From: Candidatus Rokuibacteriota bacterium
GTDB taxonomy: Bacteria > Methylomirabilota > Methylomirabilia > Rokubacteriales > DASRDR01
NCBI GenBank assembly: GCA_044866005.1
Contig: JBIOTN010000054.1
Span: 1-46,558, forward strand
Direction of reading: 5' to 3'
DNA: 46,558 nucleotides
The position numbers were made by a program, and so were the translations under genes. Shown here in pieces: positions 1 through 9,042 of the stretch. Each line of letters opens with the position of its first letter. Position 1 is the stretch's first letter. The notes below the pieces were generated by a model, which was given only the letters and a program-made list of their open reading frames with translations, was not told where the DNA came from and did no database searches.

Positions 1-161
1 GGGACCTCCAGCGACACGCCGGCGACCGCGACGGTCGGGCCGAAGCGCTTGACGACGTCCACCAGCCGGACGTGGGGCTCCGCCGCCGCCGGCCCCGGGC
101 CGGGCCCGCTGCGCGCGCCGCCCTCGCCCGCGGCCCCGCTCCCGCCGGCCGCGCCCGTCAC
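1..161 (-). CDS. ABC transporter ATP-binding protein, N-terminal part (runs off window)
   Basis: Manual translation from GTG at 161, which overlaps the permease TGA: ...EPHVRLVDVVKRFGPTVAVAGVSLEV, a typical ABC ATPase N-terminus. Confidence 0.85.
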   Translation of the reverse strand, partial: MTGAAGGSGAAGEGGARSGPGPGPAAAEPHVRLVDVVKRFGPTVAVAGVSLEV

Positions 162-1756
162 AGCTCGAAGAGCCGGAGCCGCCCGCCGGCCAGCGCCCGG
201 AAGCCGGCGAGCGCCAGGAAGACCGCCGCCATCAGGCTCGCCGCCATGGCGCTCGCCTGGCCCCAGTCCCCGTGCTCGGCGAGGGCCAGGATCGAGGCCG
301 AGGCCACGACGGTCCCCGGGGAGACGAGGAAGATCACGGCGCTGAGGGTCGTCATGGAGCGGATGAAGGTGTAGACGAGCGCCCCGGTGAAGGCGGCGCG
401 GATCAGCGGCAGCGTCACGTCGCGGAGCGCCCGGAGCGGCCGCGCGCCGAGGTCCGCCGCGCTCTCCTCGAGGCTCGGGGCGATCTGGGCGAGGCCGGCG
501 GCGGCCGCGCGGTAGCCGACCGGCAGCGTGCGGACCAGCATCGCGGCGACGACGATCGCCCCCGTCCCGGTCAGGGCGAGCGGCGGCGTGTTGAAGGCGA
601 GCACGTAGGCGACCCCCATCAGCGTCCCCGGGAGCGCCGCCGGGAGGACCGCCGCCAGGTCGAGGAGCGCGCGGCCCGGCAGGCGCGTCCGGTGGATCAG
701 GAAGGCCGCGAGCACGGCGAAGGCGGAGCCGCCGGCCGCCGCGGCCGCCGCGAAGCGGATCGAGTTCCAGAGCTGGCTCCCGCGAAAGACCGTGTACTCG
801 AAGTTCCCGAGGGTCGGCCGCCAGTCCACGCCCCACGTCCGGGCGAAGGCCCCGACGACGATGACGACGTACGTGGCGGCCAGGACCAGCGCGACCAGGC
901 CGCAGCCGACGAGGCACGCCCAGCGCGCGAGCGCCGGGGTCGGCGGCGGGACGGCGAAGCTCGGCCGCCCGGTCACGGTCGCGTGCCCGCCGCCGCCCCC
1001 GAGCCCGGTCTGCTGGAGCCCGAAGAGGGCGAGGCTCGGGACCAGGAGGACCGCCGAGAGCGCCGCCGCCATCCGGAGGTCGCCCCAGCCCGTCACCTGC
1101 GTGTAGGTCTCCGTGGCGAGCACCTTGAAGGGGCCGCCGACGAGCATCGGGTTGCCGAAGTCGCTGAGCGTGTAGATCCCGACCAGGAGTCCCGCGCCCA
1201 CCACGCCCGGGCGCGCCAGCGGCCACGTCACGGTGCGGAAGACGCGCCCGCCGCGCGCCCCGAGGTCTCCCGCCGCGTGCTCGAGCGTCGGGTCGAGGCG
1301 CCGGAGGACGCCGGCCAGGACGAGGTAGGCGATGGGGAAGAAAGCGAGCGTCTGGACGAGCCAGACGCCGTGCCAGCCGTAGATGTCGCCGCCGAGCCCG
1401 AGGAGCGCGTGGGTCACGAGCCCGCGGCGGCCGAAGAGGAGGATGAAGGCGAGGCCCCCCACGAACGGCGGCGAGACGAGTGGCAGGATCGCCACCAGCC
1501 GGAAGAGGCGGCGTCCCGGCACGTCGGGGCGCGAGGTCGCGTAGGCGAAGAGGAAGCCGACCGCCACCGCCGAGACCGTGGAGAGCGCCGCGATCCCCAG
1601 CGTGTTCCCGAGGAGGCGGAGGTGGCGCGCGCTCCCGATGACCCGCGCCCACTCGGCCGCGCCGGGCTCGGCGAGGACGCGCGCCACGGGCAGGACGACG
1701 AAGACGGCGAGGAGGCCCGCGACGGCCGCCAGCGCCGCCGCGCTCGCAGGATCCAC
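158..1756 (-). CDS. Fe(III)/AfuB-type ABC transporter permease with two EAA domains
   Basis: Many TM segments; LEHAAGDLGA and LEESAADLGA EAA motifs; SDFGNPMLVGG. Start (GTG 1756) is uncertain. Confidence 0.88.
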   Translation of the reverse strand: MDPASAAALAAVAGLLAVFVVLPVARVLAEPGAAEWARVIGSARHLRLLGNTLGIAALSTVSAVAVGFLFAYATSRPDVPGRRLFRLVAILPLVSPPFVGGLAFILLFGRRGLVTHALLGLGGDIYGWHGVWLVQTLAFFPIAYLVLAGVLRRLDPTLEHAAGDLGARGGRVFRTVTWPLARPGVVGAGLLVGIYTLSDFGNPMLVGGPFKVLATETYTQVTGWGDLRMAAALSAVLLVPSLALFGLQQTGLGGGGGHATVTGRPSFAVPPPTPALARWACLVGCGLVALVLAATYVVIVVGAFARTWGVDWRPTLGNFEYTVFRGSQLWNSIRFAAAAAAGGSAFAVLAAFLIHRTRLPGRALLDLAAVLPAALPGTLMGVAYVLAFNTPPLALTGTGAIVVAAMLVRTLPVGYRAAAAGLAQIAPSLEESAADLGARPLRALRDVTLPLIRAAFTGALVYTFIRSMTTLSAVIFLVSPGTVVASASILALAEHGDWGQASAMAASLMAAVFLALAGFRALAGGRLRLFEL

Positions 1757-1812
1757 GGCGAGGGCGCGCCGCCACGGCCGCGCCGCCGCCGGCGCCGGGC
1801 CGGCGGGGCGCG

Positions 1813-2886
1813 CTACTTCTTGAAGAGGTCCCCCCACTGCTTGAGGATGCGCGCCCGGTGCTGGGCCGCCCAGTCGAGCTTGTAGTCCACGAGGTCGAGC
1901 TTCTCGAGCGGCGTGGCGCCCTGCGGGAGGGTCACGTCGGCGCGGAGCGGGCCCTCGAAGTTCAGGTCCACGATGAGCTGGATCGGGTCGTGGCCGAGGA
2001 TCCAGTCCACGAATTTCTTCCCGCCGTCGGGGGTCGGCCCGCCCTTGACGAGCGAGACCGAGCCGATGTCCCAGCTCACCCCCGGCGGGTGGACCAGCGC
2101 GAGCGGGTAGCCGGCCGAGATGGCCTTGAGCGCGTCGTGGGCGAAGGTGATCGCGACGAGGAACTCGCCGGCGGCGACCATCCGCGCGGGGGCGATCCCG
2201 CTCGGCGTGTAGAAGCGGACGTTCCGGTCGAGGGCCTTGAGGTACTCCCACCCCTTCTCCTCGCCCAGGCGGAAGAGCTGCCCGACGACGAACGTGAAGC
2301 CGGTGCCGGAGGAGAGCGGGCTCGGCGCCACGACGAGCCCCTGGTAGCGCGGGTCCAGCAGGTCCTCCCAGCTCTTCGGGAGCGGCGCCTGGCCGAGCTC
2401 CTTCTTCCAGCGCTCGGTGTTGACGGCGATCCCCTGGACGGTGAGCGAGCTGCCGGTCCAGTAGCCGTCGGGGTCCACGTAGCGCGCCGGCACCTCGGCG
2501 CGGCGCGGCGTCTTGTACGGCTCCAGCAGCCCCTGGGCCTTCATGGACTCGGCGATGGCGCGGGAGATCCCGAAGATCACGTCGCCCTTCGGCGCCTGCC
2601 GCTCGGCGAGGACGCGCGTCGCGACCTCGCCCGCCGACTGGCGGATGAAGTCGGCCTTCCCGCCCGTCTGGCGCTCGAAGAGCTGCATGAGGCGGGCGAG
2701 GGTGTACTCGTGGATCACCCCGTAGACCATGACCGGGCGCCCCTGGGCGGCGGCGGGGCGCGTCCCGAGCGCGAGCGTGGCGGCGGTGGCGGCGGCGCCC
2801 GCGAGGACGGCGCGGCGCGGGAGGGCGGCCTCGGATGGCAGCGGGGCGGCCTCGGATGGCGGCAGGGCGGCCTCACGTGGCGGCAT
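1813..2886 (-). CDS. ABC substrate-binding protein, AfuA/FbpA family, with Tat signal
   Basis: RRAVLAG Tat-like leader; DPDGYWTG, PKSWEDLLDP, SPLSSGTG, FAHD motifs. Confidence 0.88.
   Translation of the reverse strand: MPPREAALPPSEAAPLPSEAALPRRAVLAGAAATAATLALGTRPAAAQGRPVMVYGVIHEYTLARLMQLFERQTGGKADFIRQSAGEVATRVLAERQAPKGDVIFGISRAIAESMKAQGLLEPYKTPRRAEVPARYVDPDGYWTGSSLTVQGIAVNTERWKKELGQAPLPKSWEDLLDPRYQGLVVAPSPLSSGTGFTFVVGQLFRLGEEKGWEYLKALDRNVRFYTPSGIAPARMVAAGEFLVAITFAHDALKAISAGYPLALVHPPGVSWDIGSVSLVKGGPTPDGGKKFVDWILGHDPIQLIVDLNFEGPLRADVTLPQGATPLEKLDLVDYKLDWAAQHRARILKQWGDLFKK
2815..2877 (-). repeat. Three imperfect 21-bp tandem repeats in the SBP leader (EAALPPS/EAAPLPS/EAALPRR)
   Basis: Repeated gggcggcctcggatggc-like units seen directly. 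Confidence 0.75.
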
Positions 2887-3688
2887 GGGTGACTCCGGCC
2901 GCGTCGCGTCCGGCCAGGTAGGCGTCGAGGACGCGGCGCGTCTGCTCGAGGTTCTCGCGGGTGTGGAGCTCGACCACCCACCAGTCGCACCCGGCGGCGA
3001 GGAGCGCGTCGAGGGCGGGGGCGACGTCCGCGACCGCGCGCGGCGGGTGGTGCATGTCTCCGGTCTCGACGTGGTAGACGTGGGCCGCGGCGACGCGCGT
3101 GGGGATGGCGCGGAGGACGTCCACGGTCGTCCCGCGGCCCGCGCGCACCCAGTCGCTCCCCTCGGCGTGGCCGACGTCGAAGCAGGCCGCGGCGCCGGTG
3201 GTCCGGAGGAGCCGCGCGTAGGTCTCGGGGTCGCTGGTCGGCCCCTGGCGGAGGTTCTCGACCGTGAGGAGGACGCCCCGCCGGGCGGCGTGGTCGAGGA
3301 GGCGCGTGAGGTTGCGGAGGAGCGTGCCCCAGTCGGTCTCGTCGGGGCCGAGGCCGTGCGAGCCCACGTGGAGGTTGAGGTGCCGGGCGCCGGCCTCGGC
3401 GGCGACCTCCACGTACTCCTCGAGGACCCGGACGGCGGCCGCGGCGTACTCCGCGTCCCGGTGGCCGATCTCGAGGTCGGTGTAGGGCGCGTGGAGCGAG
3501 AGGGGGCCGCCCGCCTGGCGGAAGCCCTCGAGCGTCCGCTGCCGCCGGCCACGGGCGACGGCGACCCGGAGGCTGTCGAGCCCCCACTCGACGCCGGCGT
3601 AGCCCTGCGCCGCCACGTAGTCGCGCACCTGGCCGGCGTCCCGGCCGATGGCGACGTGGCAGAGGAGGAGCTGCGGGTCCATGACCAT
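2873..3688 (-). CDS. Sugar-phosphate isomerase/epimerase (xylose-isomerase-like TIM barrel)
   Basis: SLHAPY, LNLHVG, LTVENL, CFDVGH, AHVY...HHPP, VVELH motifs. Confidence 0.85.
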   Translation of the reverse strand: MVMDPQLLLCHVAIGRDAGQVRDYVAAQGYAGVEWGLDSLRVAVARGRRQRTLEGFRQAGGPLSLHAPYTDLEIGHRDAEYAAAAVRVLEEYVEVAAEAGARHLNLHVGSHGLGPDETDWGTLLRNLTRLLDHAARRGVLLTVENLRQGPTSDPETYARLLRTTGAAACFDVGHAEGSDWVRAGRGTTVDVLRAIPTRVAAAHVYHVETGDMHHPPRAVADVAPALDALLAAGCDWWVVELHTRENLEQTRRVLDAYLAGRDAAGVTHAAT

Positions 3689-3731
3689 GCTCGCGGGCGG
3701 CGACCGCGCGCGGCCGCGCCGGCGTGCGCTG

Positions 3732-3761
3732 ACTCTAGGCCAGGGCTCCGCGGGCTGTCAA
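3732..3761 (-). promoter_or_regulatory. Putative sigma70 promoter for the isomerase/ABC operon
   Basis: TTGACA-18 nt-TAGAGT on the minus strand, overlapping the upstream gene's stop codon. Confidence 0.65.
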
Positions 3762-5326
3762 TCGCCCGGTCGCGCGGCGTCGAGGGTCGGGAGCGTGACG
3801 TCGAGCCGGACCATGGCGGTCCAGCGGGGGACGTAGCCGGCTGTGCCGCCGGGGGCGACCAGGCGCAGGAAGCCGCGCTCGGCGGCGCCCTGGGCGACCC
3901 GCACGACGGCGCCGATCGGCAGCTCGGCGATCGGCGCCGCGCTCGCGTCCGGGCCCGCGTAGAGCGGGGCCGGCTGGCTGAGACGGAAGCGCGCCCAGGC
4001 CCGGTCGTCGGCCGCGCCGTCCCCCGCCGCCGGGCCGGCCGGCGCGGGAGGCGCCGGTGCGGCGGCGGCGGACGCGAGCGGCGCGGCCAGGCCGGGCGGG
4101 GTGCCCGCGCCCGACGCGGCCGGCCCGGGCCGCGGCGCCGCGTGGGCCGCGCCGTCCCGGTGGCCGATCCGCCCGCAGAAGGCGCACCACGCCCCGGCGG
4201 CCTGCGCGGCCGCCTCGAGCGTCGCGGCGGTCACGCCGTGGTCGAGCTCGCGGAGCCGCGCGATCCGCTCGGCCACCGGCGGCTGCACTCGCGCGCGGGT
4301 CGCCGCCGCCGTCTCCTCCACCGGCCCCGGGTCCACGACCCAGAGGTGGTCGGTGACGCCGTTGGCCAGGAGGTCCGGGCTCGTGACGGCGTCCACCTTC
4401 GCCAGCGCGGTGGCGAGCGCGAGGGGATCGCGCGTCACCAGGACCGCGTCGGCGTCGGCCAGGAGCTCGCGCTCACCCGAGATCGTCCGGCGGAAGAGCG
4501 AGCCGAGGAACGGCCCGGCGACCACGAGGTAGACGAGGCTCGCGACCAGCGCGAGCCCGCCCTCGACGACCATCTCGACCGCCGTGGCCACGCCGGAGCG
4601 GAACCAGGGGCGCGTCAGCAGCCAGGCGCCGAAGAGGACGACGGCGACCCCCGTCCTCAGGGGACTGTCGGGGAGCCCGCGCCCGCCGCCGGCGCCGGGC
4701 CCGCGCCCCGGCCTGCTCGCAGCGTCGAGCCGGCCGAGGGCGCCGAGGAGCCGGAGCGGCAGCACGGCGATCTCCGACGGCAGCCGGAGGAGCCAGACGG
4801 CGACCATGACGATCGTGCTCACGCGGATGTCGCGGTTCCCGATCTGCGAGAACTCGTGGGCCAGGAGCGCCTGGAGCTCCCGCCGGTCGAGGAGGCCGAC
4901 GAGCCCCTCGGTGACGGCCAGCCGCGCGTCCGCGGGCCGCCAGCCGACGGCGAAGGCGTTCGGGGTCGCGGACGGGACCAGGTAGAGGCGCGGGAGCGGG
5001 AGCCCCGTCCCGATCGCCAGGTTCTCGACCGCGCGCCAGAGGTCGGGCGCCTCCGCGCGCGCGACCGGGCGCGCGTGGACGAGGCGGAGCGCCTGGTCGG
5101 GGCCGGCCATGAAGAGGGCGAGGGCGATCATCGAGAGGAGGATCGCCGCGAGGTAGAGCACGACGAGCGGCAGGCTGGCGGCGTCGTGGCTGAAGAAGGC
5201 GACGAGCCAGGCGGCCGCGGCCGCCACCGGCACGAGCGCGGCGGCGAGGAGCGCGAGGAGGACGACGGTGGCGCGGCGGTTGGCCGCGACCCGGTCGTAG
5301 AGGAGGACCGGGCGCCTCTCGGCCAT
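3758..5326 (-). CDS. HtpX-like M48 family membrane protein (degenerate active site) with C-terminal SH3b domain
   Basis: PNAFAVG, LAVTEGL, AHEFSQIGNRD, RELLADA, QPPVAERIARL; C-terminal LYAGPD...GYVP SH3b-like segment. Confidence 0.85.
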   Translation of the reverse strand: MAERRPVLLYDRVAANRRATVVLLALLAAALVPVAAAAAWLVAFFSHDAASLPLVVLYLAAILLSMIALALFMAGPDQALRLVHARPVARAEAPDLWRAVENLAIGTGLPLPRLYLVPSATPNAFAVGWRPADARLAVTEGLVGLLDRRELQALLAHEFSQIGNRDIRVSTIVMVAVWLLRLPSEIAVLPLRLLGALGRLDAASRPGRGPGAGGGRGLPDSPLRTGVAVVLFGAWLLTRPWFRSGVATAVEMVVEGGLALVASLVYLVVAGPFLGSLFRRTISGERELLADADAVLVTRDPLALATALAKVDAVTSPDLLANGVTDHLWVVDPGPVEETAAATRARVQPPVAERIARLRELDHGVTAATLEAAAQAAGAWCAFCGRIGHRDGAAHAAPRPGPAASGAGTPPGLAAPLASAAAAPAPPAPAGPAAGDGAADDRAWARFRLSQPAPLYAGPDASAAPIAELPIGAVVRVAQGAAERGFLRLVAPGGTAGYVPRWTAMVRLDVTLPTLDAARPGD

Positions 5327-5385
5327 GGGGCGGGGGCCGGGCGCGGCGGCCCGGCCGGCTCACGCCACCGGCGGCCGGGCCCCGG

Positions 5386-5592
5386 TCATCGGGGCCGGAC
5401 CATCCGGGACAGCAGCATGACGGCCACGACCGCGAGCGCCGAGACCACGATCACCGAGAGCAGCTTCACGAGCGTCTCGCGGAGATCGCGGAAGACGATG
5501 ACGTCGAGGACGTAGAGGTTGACGAGGATCGCCGAGAGCAGGACGGCCGTGGCGCCGGCGAAGAGGACGATCCGTCTGAAGCTCTGCGTCAT
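5386..5592 (-). CDS. Small two-TM membrane protein (68 aa)
   Basis: MTQSFRRIVLFAGA...; ATGA overlap with the lemA stop; two hydrophobic helices. Confidence 0.7.
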   Translation of the reverse strand: MTQSFRRIVLFAGATAVLLSAILVNLYVLDVIVFRDLRETLVKLLSVIVVSALAVVAVMLLSRMVRPR

Positions 5593-6191
5593 GGCGAGGG
5601 CCCTCCCGAAGTCGGGGCGACCGGCGAAGCGAAGTGGACGGCGACGGCCCGCCGCTCGTCGGCCTGCGCCTCGAAGAACTCCGCGGGCTCGAAGCCGGTG
5701 AGCCGCGCCAAAAACAGGGTCGGGACCGCCTGGAGGCGGGTCGTGTAGTCGAGGACGTTCCGGTTGTAGAACTGGCGGGCGAAGGCGATCTTGTCCTCGG
5801 TGTCGGCCAGCTCTTCCTGCAGGCGGGTGAAGCCGGCCGAGGCGCGGAGCTCGGGGTAGCGCTCCGCCACCGCCAGGAGGCGGCCCAGGCTCGCCGTGAG
5901 GGTCTGGTTGGCGCTCGCCGCCTCGCCCGCGCGGCCGGCGCGCTGGAGCGCGGCGCGGGCCTCGGTGACGCGCGTGAAGACGTCCCGCTCGTGGGCCGCG
6001 TAGCCGCGGACGGTCTCGACCAGGTTCGGGATCAGGTCGCCGCGCCGCTTGAGCTGGACGTCGATGCTCGACCAGGCCTCGCGGACCCGGTTCCGCGAGC
6101 GGACGAGCCCGTTGTAGGCGGCGAGGGTCCACAGCGCCGCGGTCCCGAGGAGGGCGAGGCAGAGCCAGAGGAGCCGGCCGGCGTCGAGCAT
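5589..6191 (-). CDS. lemA: LemA family protein
   Basis: N-terminal TM, YNGLVRSRN, AWSSIDVQLKRRGDLIPNLV, ERYPELRAS, EDKIAFARQFYN. Confidence 0.95.
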   Translation of the reverse strand: MLDAGRLLWLCLALLGTAALWTLAAYNGLVRSRNRVREAWSSIDVQLKRRGDLIPNLVETVRGYAAHERDVFTRVTEARAALQRAGRAGEAASANQTLTASLGRLLAVAERYPELRASAGFTRLQEELADTEDKIAFARQFYNRNVLDYTTRLQAVPTLFLARLTGFEPAEFFEAQADERRAVAVHFASPVAPTSGGPSP

Positions 6192-6208
6192 GGGTGAGCC
6201 CGGCCGCC

Positions 6209-6237
6209 AGTATAGCGACCGGGGGCCGGCAGCCCAA
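6209..6237 (-). promoter_or_regulatory. Putative sigma70 promoter for lemA
   Basis: TTGGGC-17 nt-TATACT on the minus strand. Confidence 0.45.
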
Positions 6238-6297
6238 ATTTCGCCGGCGTCGCGGTTCCGGGCCGGCTGTGGCGCCGCACCGTAGCCGTGACGCGGC

Positions 6298-6326
6298 TTG
6301 ACGGCCGGGGAGGGCCGGCGCACACT
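6298..6326 (+). promoter_or_regulatory. Putative sigma70 promoter
   Basis: TTGACG-17 nt-CACACT upstream of a GGGGAG RBS. Confidence 0.45.
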
Positions 6327-6356
6327 CGGACTGTCGTCGGAGACGGGGAGACTGAC

Positions 6357-7148
6357 GTGAGGAAGAGGCCGCCGATCGCGCTGATGGTCGCCCTGGCGCT
6401 CGGGGTGGGCCTCGCCCTCGCGCCGGCCGCGGCGCTCGCCGGGACGTTCCTCGGCCGGCCCGGCGCCAGCGCGGGGATCGGGCGCCCCGTCGCCGTCGCG
6501 CGGCCCGTCGTCCCGCACCGGTTCGGGACTCACCGGCTCGGGACTCACCGGTTCGCGGACCACCGGTTCATGCCTCACCCGTTCGCGAATCATCGGTTCG
6601 CTCCCCACGGGTTCGCGCGGCAGCCCTTCGTCCCGTTCTTCCATCGGCCCGTCGTCCCGGTCACGACGACGACGGTGATCCTCTTCGCGTCGCCGCCGCC
6701 CTTCTTCTACGGCGCGCCGGCCTACGCCGCGCCGCCCGTCGCCTCCGACCCGCCGGCGGTCCCGAGCCCCCCGGTCGTCTATACCCCGTCTCCCGTCTAC
6801 ACCGCCCCGGTGAGCACGGCGTCCGTCGCGCCGTCGCCGCCGCCCCCGCCGATGCCGAGCGTCGTCGAGTACCCGACCGGGCGCTACGAGCTCCGGGGCG
6901 ACGGCCTCACGACCGCCTACACGTGGGTGTGGATCCCGAACCCGCCGGCGGCGCCGCCCTCCGGGCCGCCCGGGGACGCCCCTGCGCCCGCGCCCGCGCC
7001 CGCCGGGCCGCCGGCCGCCGCGCCGCCGCCGCGCTCGAGCCAGCTCTACAGCTGGACGGACGAGCAGCAGGTCGTCCACTGGACCAACCGCGCGGACGCC
7101 GTTCCGGAACGCTACCGCGCCCAGGCCCCGCGCCCGACCCCGTTCTGA
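6357..7148 (+). CDS. Secreted Pro-rich protein with His pentapeptide repeats and a C-terminal DUF4124-like domain
   Basis: Signal peptide ending APAAALA; C-terminal LYSWTDEQQVVHWTN...VPERYR. Confidence 0.75.
   Translation: MRKRPPIALMVALALGVGLALAPAAALAGTFLGRPGASAGIGRPVAVARPVVPHRFGTHRLGTHRFADHRFMPHPFANHRFAPHGFARQPFVPFFHRPVVPVTTTTVILFASPPPFFYGAPAYAAPPVASDPPAVPSPPVVYTPSPVYTAPVSTASVAPSPPPPPMPSVVEYPTGRYELRGDGLTTAYTWVWIPNPPAAPPSGPPGDAPAPAPAPAGPPAAAPPPRSSQLYSWTDEQQVVHWTNRADAVPERYRAQAPRPTPF
6516..6620 (+). repeat. Seven imperfect 15-bp tandem repeats (HRFGT/HRLGT/HRFAD/HRFMP/HPFAN/HRFAP/HGFAR)
   Basis: cacCGGTTC-like units recur with 15-nt period. Confidence 0.85.
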
Positions 7149-7191
7149 GCCCGCGGCCGCCGGCGCGGCCACGCTCCATGCGAGCCTCCCG

Positions 7192-8319
7192 ATGAGGGTC
7201 CTGGCCGGCGTGGCCGGCCTCCTCCTGATCCTCGGCATGCTCTGGGAGGCCTTCGAGACGATCGTCCTGCCGCGACGCGTCGCCCGCCGGATGCGGCTCA
7301 CGCGCCTCTTCTATCGCTCGACGTGGCGGCCCTGGTCGGCCGTGGTCCGCCGCGCGTGCGGGGGCCAGCGTCGCGAGGCCCTCCTCGGCTTCTTCGGCCC
7401 GCTCTCGCTCATCCTGCTCCTGACGGTCTGGGCGGCCGGCCTGGTCGTCGGCTTCGCGCTGCTCCAGTGGGCGACCGGGTCGGGGATCCGGGGCCCCCAG
7501 GAGATGTCGCCCTTCGCCGCCGACCTCTACCTGAGCGGCACGACCTTCTTCACGCTCGGGCTCGGCGACGTCGCCCCGGCCACCGACCTCGCCCGCGCGC
7601 TCACGGTCGTCGAGTCCGGGATGGGCTTCGGCTTCCTGGCGCTCGTCATCGGCTACTTCCCCGTCCTCTACCAGTCGTTCTCGCGGCGCGAGGTGAACGT
7701 CTCGCTCCTGGATGCCCGGGCCGGCTCGCCGCCCACCGCGGCCGAGCTCCTCCGGCGCCACGCCGGGGACCGCGGCCTGGACACCCTCCGGCAGCTCTTG
7801 CGCGAGTGGGAGCACTGGTCCGCCCAGCTCCTGGAGAGCCACCTCTCCTATCCCGTGCTCGCGTACTTCCGCTCGCAGCACACCAACCAGTCCTGGCTCG
7901 CGGCCCTCACGACGATCCTCGATGTCAGCGCGCTGGCCCTCGCGGTCGTCGAGGCCGGCTGCCAGCAGGAGGCCCAGCTCACCTTCGCCATGGCGCGCCA
8001 CGCCGTCGGCGACCTCGCCCAGGTCTTCAGCGCGGCGCCCCTCCGGGGGATCGCCGACCGCCTGCCGCCGGCCACGCTCGCCGCGTTGCGCGCCCACCTC
8101 GCGGCGTCCGGGCTCAAGCTCCGTGACGGGCCGGAGGCGGACCGGGCGCTCGCCGAGCTGCGCGCGCTCTACGAGCCCTACGTCGCCGCGCTCGGCCGCT
8201 ACCTGGAGATGACCGTCCCGGACTGGCTGCCGGAGACCGGGCAGGCGGACAACTGGCAGGTGACGGCCTGGGAGCCGCGCCCGCGTCCCGGCCGCGGCGG
8301 CCGCGTCACGCCGCCGTAG
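7192..8319 (+). CDS. Potassium channel family protein (Ion_trans_2)
   Basis: TM helices plus YLSGTTFFTLGLGD selectivity-filter-like motif; HLSYPVLAYFRS C-terminal domain. Confidence 0.88.
   Translation: MRVLAGVAGLLLILGMLWEAFETIVLPRRVARRMRLTRLFYRSTWRPWSAVVRRACGGQRREALLGFFGPLSLILLLTVWAAGLVVGFALLQWATGSGIRGPQEMSPFAADLYLSGTTFFTLGLGDVAPATDLARALTVVESGMGFGFLALVIGYFPVLYQSFSRREVNVSLLDARAGSPPTAAELLRRHAGDRGLDTLRQLLREWEHWSAQLLESHLSYPVLAYFRSQHTNQSWLAALTTILDVSALALAVVEAGCQQEAQLTFAMARHAVGDLAQVFSAAPLRGIADRLPPATLAALRAHLAASGLKLRDGPEADRALAELRALYEPYVAALGRYLEMTVPDWLPETGQADNWQVTAWEPRPRPGRGGRVTPP
8238..8304 (+). repeat. Direct repeat, copy 1 (3' end of the K+ channel gene)
   Basis: 44/45 identity with 9043-9087, then 15/16 after a 6-bp indel. 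Confidence 0.92.
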
Positions 8320-8328
8320 AGGAGCTGC

Positions 8329-9009
8329 GTGGCCACGCGTCGGCGTGCCCCTCGGGGGACGGGGGACCCCGCTCCTCACACCGAGGGGAGGACGGTTCGG
8401 TGGGCTCGTCTCTACGACCTCGGGACGACGCTCCTCTCCTTCGGCCGCGCCGCGGCCCTTCGCCGGAGGACGGTGGAGCTCGCCGGCATCGCGCCGGGCG
8501 AGCGAATCCTCGACGTGGGGTGCGGCCCGGGTCGGCTCGCCATCATGGCCGCCACCCTGGCGGGACCGGCCGGTGAGGTGTGCGGGATCGACCCGGCGCC
8601 CGAGATGGTCGAGCTGGCGCGCCGGAACGCGGCGCGGGCGGGCGTGAGGGTGCGCTTCGAGGTCGGGGTGATCGAGGGGCTCCCGTATGCGGACGACCAC
8701 TTCGACGTCGTGCTGAGCAGCCTGATGCTCCATCACCTGCCCGACCCGCTGAAGCGGCGAGGGCTGGCCGAGGTCCGCCGCGTGCTGAGGCCGGCCGGGC
8801 GTTTCGTGGCCGTCGATTTCGGCGCCACGCCCGGTGGAGGGCTCGGTCACGTCCTCTGCGTGCTCGGGCTCCGGAGCGGGTGGGACCACGCCGAGCGCCT
8901 CCGCGAGATGCTCCGCGACGCCGCCTTCGACGCGGTGGAGATCGGGCCCACCGGCCATCGGGCCGTGGCGTTCGTGCGTGGCCGGAAGCCGGCGGCGCGC
9001 TCGAGCTGA
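8329..9009 (+). CDS. Class I SAM-dependent methyltransferase (UbiE-like)
   Basis: ILDVGCGPG, GIDPAPEM, FDVVLSSLMLHHL, RVLRPAG. Confidence 0.92.
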   Translation: MATRRRAPRGTGDPAPHTEGRTVRWARLYDLGTTLLSFGRAAALRRRTVELAGIAPGERILDVGCGPGRLAIMAATLAGPAGEVCGIDPAPEMVELARRNAARAGVRVRFEVGVIEGLPYADDHFDVVLSSLMLHHLPDPLKRRGLAEVRRVLRPAGRFVAVDFGATPGGGLGHVLCVLGLRSGWDHAERLREMLRDAAFDAVEIGPTGHRAVAFVRGRKPAARSS

Positions 9010-9042
9010 CTCGCCGCGGGTCGCCGCTCGCCGGCCGTGCCG

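Noticed and set aside
2729..5515. 928-aa plus-strand ORF, and similar Arg/Pro/Gly-rich long ORFs (e.g. 6907-9258, 17643-20225, 20707-23304, 21264-23759, 36680-38896)
   Set aside because: Antisense or off-frame shadows of recognisable genes
6516..6620. Possible CRISPR-like periodicity
   Set aside because: 15-bp in-frame coding tandem repeat without spacers; no cas genes in the window
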